This document shows, one piece after another, positions 29,002-37,052 of a DNA stretch of 64,000 nucleotides. The stretch comes from Calditrichia bacterium (GTDB lineage: Bacteria > Calditrichota > Calditrichia > RBG-13-44-9 > J075), in assembly GCA_050633245.1 (NCBI GenBank), contig JBOEGD010000011.1, positions 224,001-288,000 on the forward strand, given 5' to 3'. Position numbers and translations under genes: made by a program. Under the pieces are notes generated by a model that was not told where the DNA came from, did not search any database, and worked only from the letters and a program-made list of their open reading frames with translations. Each line of letters begins with the position of its first letter. The stretch's first letter is position 1.

Positions 29002-31488
29002 ATGAAAAGTGATCTTGAGATTTTAAAGGAGCTTGAGAAAGAGATTGGATCTTCAATAAAGGTTCGCACCTCTAAGAATGAATCGCTAACTATGCTCGAA
29101 AACGATGACAATGTCTTCGGCGATGTGGTGAAACTAGATAAAATTGGGCCTACTAGTCGAGTGGCTATAACCAACAAAAGTCGTCAAGTCATACGTTTAT
29201 ATCTTAATAATTTACATCTTACTGAATTACCATTGGCAATATTTAAGTTGACCGGGTTGGAAATTATTTTTTTCTATGATAACGAACTTGTACTGATTCA
29301 AAAAGAAATTGAAAACTTAGTAAATTTGGTCGGTATATGTATAGCTAGACAGGATCACCTAAAGGAGATACCGAAGGAGCTAATTTACCTCCCGAATCTC
29401 CGACTTTTGTATGTAGAAGCTTTATCCTCACTAGTATATCCCCCCAAGGAAATTGCCAATCAGGGCCTTGAGGCAATCCGTAACTACATCGATTCTTTAG
29501 AGCAAGCAGATGAGGTTGATTACCTCTATGAATCAAAGATGGTTTTGGTGGGAAGAGGATTTGCGGGTAAAACAAGTCTTGTAAAAAAGCTTACTATTCC
29601 AAACTATAAATTAGAGCAAAAGATTGAAAGCACAGAAGGCATAGCTATTGACTCTTGGAATCTAAAGATGCCATTGGAGAATAGTGATCGCTTTAAGTTC
29701 AATATTTGGGATTTCGGTGGACAGGAAAAATATGATGCTACACACCAGTTCTTTATTACTGAACGAACTATATATCTATTTGTTACTGAAGCTCGGCAAG
29801 AAAGCAATTATCTGGATTTTGATTATTGGTTAAATATTATCCAAATGCTTGGAAGAGAGAGTCCTGTAATTATTGTCCAAAATAAGATAGATAAGAGAGA
29901 ACGGGCCATAGCCACTAAGAAGTTTCAATCGCAATTTCCTAATATTGTTGGCTTTGCAAATGTAAGTTGCGTAACTGGTCAGGAAAGAACGATACAAGAA
30001 CTGCGTAAACTTATCAAAGAAGCAGTAAGGAAGCTACCTCAGGTCGGCGATAAACTGCCCGGGGAATGGGTTGATGTTAGAAAAGAACTAGCGGCACTTA
30101 ATGTAGATCATATTACTTACAGTAAGTATTGTAATATTTGTAAAAAACATGGCTTGGATAAGAAGAAAGCTGATTTCTTGAGCCGCTACTTCCATGACTT
30201 GGGAGTTATTGTTCATCATCAAGATGATCCATTGTTAGAAAACTTGGTCGTTTTGAACCCTGATTGGGTTGTAGATGGCGTTTATAGTGTCCTCGACACA
30301 AAAAAAGTAGAACGACAGTTGGGTAGATTTAGTGATGCGGATTTAAAGAGTATATGGAAAAACAAGAAATACACTCGAAAGAGATTAGAACTTCTTGCAT
30401 TAATGAAAAACTATCAAATTTGTTTTGAGTTGCCTGAGAAAGGGAACTACATCGCCCCTGAGCTTCTTTCTGCAGATCCAACTGAGTACGAGCCAATAAA
30501 GACTTCAGGTAAACTGACTTTTATATACAGTTACACCTTTCTTCCAGCAGGATTGATTTCCAGGCTCATTGTAAAAATGCACAACCATCTTGAAAGTGAT
30601 AATTACTGGCGGCATGGTTTATTAGCTACATTCGAAGAAGCTCGTGCTGCTATTCTTGAAGATGACAAGGCGAGACAAATTCGTATTGTTATAGAAGGGC
30701 CTGACGATGCCAAAAGAGATTTGTTAGCTATTATACGAAAAAGCCTCCAGGACATTTATCAACAATTCAATCATAAGATTGAATATAAAGAATTAGTACC
30801 ATGTATTTGTCAAGAGTGTTGTTCTAAATTGGCAGATGTAGATGAACCTCATTTTTTTGACTGGAGTACTCTCCGCCGGTATGCTAGTAAACCCATAGAA
30901 AAAATTCGATGTGAAGTCTCTTTAGATGAGGTGAATGTTGCACAATTAATGGGGCGGATATCCAATCCTCGTAGTTACACTAGTGAATTTGTAGAAACTG
31001 TCTCAGCACCGCCAAGTGGAGAGGGTAATTCGATGGATAACAAAGCTTCACAGCCTCATGTGTTTATATCTTATTGCCATGATGACACCAAAGATGTCGA
31101 ACGCCTGCATTCTTCATTGACCTCAAACGGAATAGATGTATGGTGGGATAAAGAGATAATAGGTGGCCAGGACTGGAAGACGGAAATTCGCAAAGCGATG
31201 AAGAAAAGCACGACTGTTTTACTGTGCCTTTCTGAGAAGGCAATGGAGCGTCAGAAGAGCGGAATCTATCCTGAAGCATATGATGCGATTGCAGCCTACA
31301 GGCAGTATCGACCAGGAGAGATATTCCTGATACCTGTGCGACTGTCCAAGTGTGATATACCAGATATAGAAATTGATGATACAAGAACCCTGGACAGACT
31401 GCAGTATGTGGATTTGTTTCCCGATAGCAAATGGGATGAGAACTTTCAGAAGCTGCTAAAGGCGATTCAGGCGAGTGCGGGACAATAA
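29002..31488 (+). CDS. LRR-Roc-COR (Roco) GTPase with C-terminal TIR domain
   Basis: LRR repeats; P-loop GRGFAGKTS, STEGI, WDFGGQ, NKID; COR FHDLG and LNPDWV; TIR VFISYCHDD...VWWDK...LIPVRL. Confidence 0.92.
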   Translation: MKSDLEILKELEKEIGSSIKVRTSKNESLTMLENDDNVFGDVVKLDKIGPTSRVAITNKSRQVIRLYLNNLHLTELPLAIFKLTGLEIIFFYDNELVLIQKEIENLVNLVGICIARQDHLKEIPKELIYLPNLRLLYVEALSSLVYPPKEIANQGLEAIRNYIDSLEQADEVDYLYESKMVLVGRGFAGKTSLVKKLTIPNYKLEQKIESTEGIAIDSWNLKMPLENSDRFKFNIWDFGGQEKYDATHQFFITERTIYLFVTEARQESNYLDFDYWLNIIQMLGRESPVIIVQNKIDKRERAIATKKFQSQFPNIVGFANVSCVTGQERTIQELRKLIKEAVRKLPQVGDKLPGEWVDVRKELAALNVDHITYSKYCNICKKHGLDKKKADFLSRYFHDLGVIVHHQDDPLLENLVVLNPDWVVDGVYSVLDTKKVERQLGRFSDADLKSIWKNKKYTRKRLELLALMKNYQICFELPEKGNYIAPELLSADPTEYEPIKTSGKLTFIYSYTFLPAGLISRLIVKMHNHLESDNYWRHGLLATFEEARAAILEDDKARQIRIVIEGPDDAKRDLLAIIRKSLQDIYQQFNHKIEYKELVPCICQECCSKLADVDEPHFFDWSTLRRYASKPIEKIRCEVSLDEVNVAQLMGRISNPRSYTSEFVETVSAPPSGEGNSMDNKASQPHVFISYCHDDTKDVERLHSSLTSNGIDVWWDKEIIGGQDWKTEIRKAMKKSTTVLLCLSEKAMERQKSGIYPEAYDAIAAYRQYRPGEIFLIPVRLSKCDIPDIEIDDTRTLDRLQYVDLFPDSKWDENFQKLLKAIQASAGQ

Positions 31489-31602
31489 CGATTGCGATAA
31501 GTGGTGTGGGTGTAGTGGTGGGGAAGAGTGGATAATATTGCCGATATTTTTGCACAATATAAACAAAATTACTTCCAAATGGACCTGAAATGGTGTATGT
31601 AA

Positions 31603-32034
31603 ATGCCTATATCTAATGAAATAGCCGCGCGGATTATCGTAGATATTGAAGATCTATTGGATAAATCATCCTCCGCTCTTTTAGCCTTAGCTGCAAATCA
31701 GTGGAGTGAAGTAACTAATGCAAGAGATCCAATAACATCAAAAAACAATCGAGACAATGAGTTCTTGCTAGATATAACTGTTGGAGCAGTTAGTACTGGC
31801 AATCGAGTAAACAAGATCTTAAAAAAGGTGATTCGGAGAGTAACTAAGGAAGTTGTTGGCAAAAATAGAGATATTAGTACAATCACATTCACATATATAA
31901 CTTTTGAGCTAATTCAATATTTGGAAACAAATTTGGAGTGGGAGTTTCAGCCAGAATATATATTACCTTTGAAGTTATTAGTAGTTCTGATTTATAGAAG
32001 TGCCTTGAAGGAGATCAATAGCTCTATTAAATAA
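31603..32034 (+). CDS. Hypothetical protein
   Basis: 143-aa ORF, co-oriented, with island-like AT-rich composition; no motif recognised. Confidence 0.6.
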   Translation: MPISNEIAARIIVDIEDLLDKSSSALLALAANQWSEVTNARDPITSKNNRDNEFLLDITVGAVSTGNRVNKILKKVIRRVTKEVVGKNRDISTITFTYITFELIQYLETNLEWEFQPEYILPLKLLVVLIYRSALKEINSSIK

Positions 32035-32160
32035 TAAGGAGTAGCCAGCAGAACGGACTTTACGATCAATAATAAACATACTACACAAATTTGAGTTTTA
32101 TAATTCTATCGCTCATCTGCTAGGATAAGCCCTACCAGACCAATTCACCCCACCAAACCC

Positions 32161-32189
32161 TTGCATTCCCACCATCTTGGCTATACCTT
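32161..32189 (+). promoter_or_regulatory. Sigma70-like promoter
   Basis: ACCAAACCC-TTGCAT-N17-TACCTT; parallels 36900-36928. Confidence 0.5.
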
Positions 32190-32303
32190 TGAAGAGTCTT
32201 AAGTAAAATCTCCCCAGATGATATAGTGTGCAAAGAGCAATTCAGTTCTTTGTTCGTTACATATTGATTTCTCAGGTCGCGTTAATACAGTGGTGGAGAC
32301 GGA

Positions 32304-32723
32304 ATGAGCGATTACAAATACAGCGAACAAATATCATCTTTACACAATTGCCCTCCTACTAATTATTCTCCTCAAGCTACCGATGCATATAGATTTGTAT
32401 ATAAATCTAATCCTGAAAGAAGTTATATCCCTGTTGCAAAAGGAAACCCTAAAAGAATTAATGATAGAAGTGATATGAAAAAGTGTCAAGCTTGGGGTTT
32501 GTCTTTTTTTAATACTGAAGAAAACGCAATAGCTAAGTTTGAGGATTTAAAAAGGAGAAATAAGAATATAGCTAAAACTATTGGTGATTCTATCGCTCTT
32601 GTTAAATTAGAAGAGTCAGACGGAGTATGTTCTCCAGTTGGAGAAAAAGGACACTTCACCCTCCATGAAAGAGGGGAATCTAAATTTAGTGAAAGAAATG
32701 AAGTCATAAAAGAACTGAGCTGA
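32304..32723 (+). CDS. Small protein with a possible ADP-ribosyltransferase/RES-like fold
   Basis: CPP...AYRF...GLSFF...GHFTL pattern (early Arg, central Ser, late His). Confidence 0.5.
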   Translation: MSDYKYSEQISSLHNCPPTNYSPQATDAYRFVYKSNPERSYIPVAKGNPKRINDRSDMKKCQAWGLSFFNTEENAIAKFEDLKRRNKNIAKTIGDSIALVKLEESDGVCSPVGEKGHFTLHERGESKFSERNEVIKELS

Positions 32724-32727
32724 CGTG

Positions 32728-33954
32728 ATGGAAAGTTTCAAAAATACAGAACTTTCAGAATTTCCAATCAAAAACCTTTCGAAGGTTTCTGACTTGATTT
32801 ATTATGAAGGTCCGCTCTTGTCGCACTTTATTAGTCCCTCGGGTGATAATTACCTATATCTATGGTGTGATGTTGATACAGTCACAAACAGATGGCTTAT
32901 TCTGAGAGTGACATCTGAAAAGCTATATAATTATTTGCGTCAAAAAGTTACTCTTCTTGAATTGGTCACCTCACCTGCTGATGGCTTTCTTTATTCGGTT
33001 GACATTGATGAGAATCTAGTGTACAGAAATATTTATATGCTTACTCCGGAGAATATACCTCAAAGTTACTTGCCTGAAAAAGATTCATATTCTACATCTG
33101 AGCCTGAAAGTGTTAAATTTGATTTACTCGATTTGTCACGCTTATATAACTCAAACCTATTTAATATTCATTTGAAAAGAGGACCTGGTATAGGCTACGG
33201 CACGGCTAATGTTTCGACGCTTGCTGATTTACTCTCCGCTTTTAGTGATTTAGCCGAAGAAGTAACAGGTGATGTTTTATATAAGCATAAAGAAAGTAGA
33301 CGAGCGCCTAAAGTAGATATAAAGCGTTATTCCGAATTTGAGTTGATAGAAAAGCGGGCAGCCTCATTTAGTTTGATTTTGCGTCCAATCCAAAAACAAG
33401 TTGCTATTCCGGGCACTGTAGATATTCAGCAAGAAATAATTGAACAAATATTTAAGCTGTTTTCAAAAAGTGAAAGCCTTGAAGAACTGCATACAATTGT
33501 AGATGAATACAGTGATGATGCAATTGACAAGTATCAGAAAATATTGAAGTTTATCAGTCACAATAAAATGCATGTTGAATTTAATTGGGCAAGCTTGTCT
33601 ACAGAGATTTTAGAGTCTGATTTTTTTAATCCGACAAAATCTGCAAAGATTATTGATAATATTAATTTTCTCGAAATTAGCAGAGAAAAAACTATATCTG
33701 AAGAAGGTCTGTTCCAGGCAGTGAATCTAAAAACAAGGACATATACTTTTGTCCAAGTTGAGACCAAATTGCAATTATCCAAGGGGAAATTTGCTAAGAG
33801 TTTGACAAAAACAATAGATCGATTGAATCTGGGGCATGTTTATGAGATTACTATCGTACGTCAATCCTTGAAGATCTCTGGTAAGTCGACTGTTAAGCAT
33901 GAGGATATAATAATTGATCTTAAGGTAATTGAACATCCGAGTGAGCTAGCATAA
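32728..33954 (+). CDS. DUF6575-like N-terminal domain protein
   Basis: LIYYEGPLLSHF...YLYLWCD...NRWL; starts 4 nt after the upstream stop; possible OB-like C-terminus. Confidence 0.55.
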   Translation: MESFKNTELSEFPIKNLSKVSDLIYYEGPLLSHFISPSGDNYLYLWCDVDTVTNRWLILRVTSEKLYNYLRQKVTLLELVTSPADGFLYSVDIDENLVYRNIYMLTPENIPQSYLPEKDSYSTSEPESVKFDLLDLSRLYNSNLFNIHLKRGPGIGYGTANVSTLADLLSAFSDLAEEVTGDVLYKHKESRRAPKVDIKRYSEFELIEKRAASFSLILRPIQKQVAIPGTVDIQQEIIEQIFKLFSKSESLEELHTIVDEYSDDAIDKYQKILKFISHNKMHVEFNWASLSTEILESDFFNPTKSAKIIDNINFLEISREKTISEEGLFQAVNLKTRTYTFVQVETKLQLSKGKFAKSLTKTIDRLNLGHVYEITIVRQSLKISGKSTVKHEDIIIDLKVIEHPSELA

Positions 33955-34007
33955 TTTACTTAAGTCTTAACTATTCTCACCAGCTTCAAGGTTAAAGAGA
34001 GACTTTC

Positions 34008-35015
34008 ATGAACGAACGAATAGACAAACCCCGGGTGTTTCTATCCCATTCGAGCAAGGATAAACCCTTTATCCGGAAAGTGGAAGCTGATTTGCGGAGA
34101 TGTCAGATTAATACCTGGTTGGATGAAATAGATATCAGACATGGACAATCTTGGCTATCAGCTATATTCGAAGATGGTCTACCTAACTGTGATTCTGTAT
34201 TGGTCTATCTGACAAAGGACTCGATTGAATCGGAGATGGTTAAAAAGGAGATGGATGCTGGTATTCTTGGTAAATTGAATGACGGCAATGTTAGCTTCCT
34301 ACCTTATGTAAGTGATAGTAAGCTAAGAAGCGCGCTTAGAATCGATTTGCAAGGCTTACATGTTTTAGAGTGGAATGAGGATAATTATTACGAGTTGTTG
34401 CCAGTAATTGTAGCTGAGATTTGGAGGAGCTATACAGAGCGACGTGTGGCACATGCAGTTCAGAGTGAGAAAGTGCGAAGGCTTGAGGCTGAGTTGGAGC
34501 TTGAGAAAACGAAGTCGGATTCACCATTTAGCGGGCAAGAAGATGCTGAGTTTGAAAATATTTATAGAAAGACTAATAGAAGTTTAAGTTTTAGTGTAAT
34601 TTTTTTTGGAAAAGTAGATAATCCAGTAGACCCTGAAGATTACGAATTTGAAGACCGTGAAATAGGTACTAAACATTATCAATTTAATATGCTTGGCATT
34701 CTAAAAAGCCTAGGATACCATAAGTCTGTCTCTTCTTTCGATTTAAATCTCCTACTGACCGAAAAATCTAGAGAGGTTATAAAGAAGCGCGGAATAGAAC
34801 GCGCTCCGAGAATAAATTTCGAACCTAATATTATAATCGAAGAATTTTTAAAGCTCGGTCTATTCAATGGGTATCCTGACGATTGTCTAGTTGAGAGGGA
34901 AAAATATTATCGTTTAAAAAATTGGTGTGATTACTACGACAAAGAATTCCCAGAATTAGTTCTTGAGGAGATTGACCCTTCTAAGGAATGCACAAACACC
35001 CCACCTCCCACTTGA
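34008..35015 (+). CDS. TIR-domain protein (TIR + coiled coil + unknown domain)
   Basis: VFLSHSSKDK, TWLDE, SIESEMVKKE (putative catalytic Glu). Confidence 0.88.
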   Translation: MNERIDKPRVFLSHSSKDKPFIRKVEADLRRCQINTWLDEIDIRHGQSWLSAIFEDGLPNCDSVLVYLTKDSIESEMVKKEMDAGILGKLNDGNVSFLPYVSDSKLRSALRIDLQGLHVLEWNEDNYYELLPVIVAEIWRSYTERRVAHAVQSEKVRRLEAELELEKTKSDSPFSGQEDAEFENIYRKTNRSLSFSVIFFGKVDNPVDPEDYEFEDREIGTKHYQFNMLGILKSLGYHKSVSSFDLNLLLTEKSREVIKKRGIERAPRINFEPNIIIEEFLKLGLFNGYPDDCLVEREKYYRLKNWCDYYDKEFPELVLEEIDPSKECTNTPPPT

Positions 35016-35050
35016 TACTTTCCTCGGATGTGTTTATTATTATACACTCC
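35005..35050 (+). repeat. 46-bp direct repeat, copy 1, containing TTGATA-N17-TATTAT promoter
   Basis: 42/46 identical to 36716-36761. Confidence 0.85.
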
Positions 35051-35162
35051 CCGATAGTTTTTCTGGTGTTGAGTCTATTAAATTGGGAATGAGAATTGAT
35101 TAATGGACTCATCTTAACTTTTTTCTCTTCGTTGAAAAAATAATTGATATGGGTTTGAAGTG

Positions 35163-35954
35163 ATGTCAGAGCGCAAACACATAAAGGTCCAACTGCTACC
35201 TGCCCCCCTCAATAAGTTATATCATACTACAATATCAGTTGATAAGACTATTAAAGATATTATAAACTATTTAATCGAAGAAGGACTTCTTGTCGGGTCT
35301 TCTGATCAACAATATATTGTTGATTTGTATGAGGATAAAAAAAGTATTTACCTAGACCAAGATAAGACTCTAGAAGAATTACAGATAAAGAATAATAGTA
35401 TCATTAGAGTTTATCCTTATCTACCAGGAGGAGAAGATGTAGAGAGGTCTATTGAAATTGGTGTGGAGGTAAAGGAAAGTGTAATTATTACCGGAGACCA
35501 GACATATATAGACAACACGAACATGTCTGAGCCAACGCCTAAGGATGCTGCCTCTCGCTCTATATTCGACCGTATCGTCGGGGGGCCTGGTTTAAAGCTC
35601 TTAGGAGTTTTAGGTTTGTTGTTGGGGAATGCATTCCTTGTTTGGTGGCCTTTTTCAGAGAATCTCAACCTTGGTCAATATGCGAACAAAATGGAAATGG
35701 GGATTATAGTGGGCTGGGAAAAGCCAGCCGAGATTATGCCAACTAGATACCTTCTAGAGGCTAAGTCTCTAGATGAGGAAATAACCCTTCTGGAAAGTTT
35801 AGTCGCTGGGAAAAAACAAGTCGGATACATGCTTGTTGATATTACTCCAGAAGCTATCTCTGGGATAATAAAGGAGTATAGAATTAGAGTCATAGTTAAA
35901 GGCGATACGATTTCCCAAACAGAATGGTTTAGAGTTAAATCAGAGTCTAATTAA
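35163..35954 (+). CDS. Ubiquitin-like (YukD/EsaB-type) domain ending in PGG, fused to a single-TM protein
   Basis: TIKDIINYL...LDQDKTLEELQIKNNSIIRVYPYLPGG beta-grasp signature; TM LLGVLGLLLGNAFLVWW. Confidence 0.65.
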   Translation: MSERKHIKVQLLPAPLNKLYHTTISVDKTIKDIINYLIEEGLLVGSSDQQYIVDLYEDKKSIYLDQDKTLEELQIKNNSIIRVYPYLPGGEDVERSIEIGVEVKESVIITGDQTYIDNTNMSEPTPKDAASRSIFDRIVGGPGLKLLGVLGLLLGNAFLVWWPFSENLNLGQYANKMEMGIIVGWEKPAEIMPTRYLLEAKSLDEEITLLESLVAGKKQVGYMLVDITPEAISGIIKEYRIRVIVKGDTISQTEWFRVKSESN

Positions 35955-35976
35955 TTGGAGTCCATGAATCTTCTAA

Positions 35977-36648
35977 ATGCAAAATTTCTCAAACAAATTC
36001 CGTCGCTTCTTGCATGAGTATATTGGGGATATAATAATTGTTTTAAGCGTAAGCTTTGTTTTGCTTGGTTCTATACGAGGCTACCAATATTGGGCCTCCA
36101 CAGACGAGCTTGCGCAAATAAAAACGATGACTGATCTGGCTAAAGCGGCGATCACTACTTTAATTGGTGCCATCGCTGCAATTGCCGGTTATCGCCGATA
36201 TTTCAAGGGAAGGACTTTCTCTGAACGTGCAGTAATCGAGTTGACATCAAAACCTATATGTGAAATCCAAGTTCCTCAACTTGAAGAAGATCCGGAGAAT
36301 GACGGAAATAAAAGAACATCAGAGAAAATGCTACTGCATGCGGTTGATGTTGCGATTGAAAATATAGGTTCACTAACTATTTGGGAACCTAAACTGAGAG
36401 TTAGTGCGAGGCATCTTGATTCGATTGAAGAATTCACTCAATACGGCTTTGAGGACAAAATTGAGACAGAAGTTGCACCGTTAAGCATCTCTGGGATCGA
36501 GCCAGGGGAGAAGATCTTCCACCACGTTAGATTTATTGTGCCAAAGGATATTCCTGCATTCAGAGTTGATTCCGAATTGAGCACATCGAGAAACAACATT
36601 TGGCATCGAGCGACTACTGTGGCAAACTTTATTCTAAAGAAGGACTAG
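35977..36648 (+). CDS. Hypothetical two-TM membrane protein with beta-rich C-terminal domain
   Basis: Two hydrophobic helices, then VDVAIENIG...IEPGE (Ig-like pattern). Confidence 0.65.
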   Translation: MQNFSNKFRRFLHEYIGDIIIVLSVSFVLLGSIRGYQYWASTDELAQIKTMTDLAKAAITTLIGAIAAIAGYRRYFKGRTFSERAVIELTSKPICEIQVPQLEEDPENDGNKRTSEKMLLHAVDVAIENIGSLTIWEPKLRVSARHLDSIEEFTQYGFEDKIETEVAPLSISGIEPGEKIFHHVRFIVPKDIPAFRVDSELSTSRNNIWHRATTVANFILKKD

Positions 36649-36715
36649 ATATTCATTCAGCTACGTCGCCAGCATCCCATCTATAACAGCAAGCATTGCT
36701 ACGCTGTTGGGATAG

Positions 36716-36761
36716 CTCCCGCTTGATACTTTCCTCGGTTATGTTTATTATTATGCACTCC
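36716..36761 (+). repeat. 46-bp direct repeat, copy 2
   Basis: 42/46 identical to 35005-35050. Confidence 0.85.
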
Positions 36762-36899
36762 TCGTCACTATTCTCGCACTTAACTAGATCGAGACCGAAC
36801 GCCCATGCGCTTTCACTCCACACCAGAATCTGCACATAACACTGTCAGCGAGAATTTCCCCGCTGTATGCTAGTTAGTGTTGGGTAGGCTACCAAAGAC

Positions 36900-36928
36900 T
36901 TGCATTTCCGGTTGGAAGATTATACATT
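36900..36928 (+). promoter_or_regulatory. Sigma70-like promoter
   Basis: ACCAAAGAC-TTGCAT-N17-TACATT. Confidence 0.5.
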
Positions 36929-37052
36929 TAAAGCGTCGCATCCACTCCCCATAATACAATCTACTGGTTGACCGCTAACGGTTTAATCCTCTTTTTATTA
37001 ACCAGTGGCTATGGAATAAACTCATACATTTGACCTTTAGCTGAGAGCAAAT

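Noticed and set aside
31064-31555. 163-aa antisense ORF over the TIR domain
   Set aside because: Shadow ORF with no recognisable motif or RBS, fully opposite a well-supported domain
36674-36880. attC-like hairpins (CTATAAC...GTTGGGA and ACATAAC...GTTAGTG)
   Set aside because: Imperfect hairpins exist but are shorter than typical attC sites, are not repeated after other island genes, and no integron integrase is present
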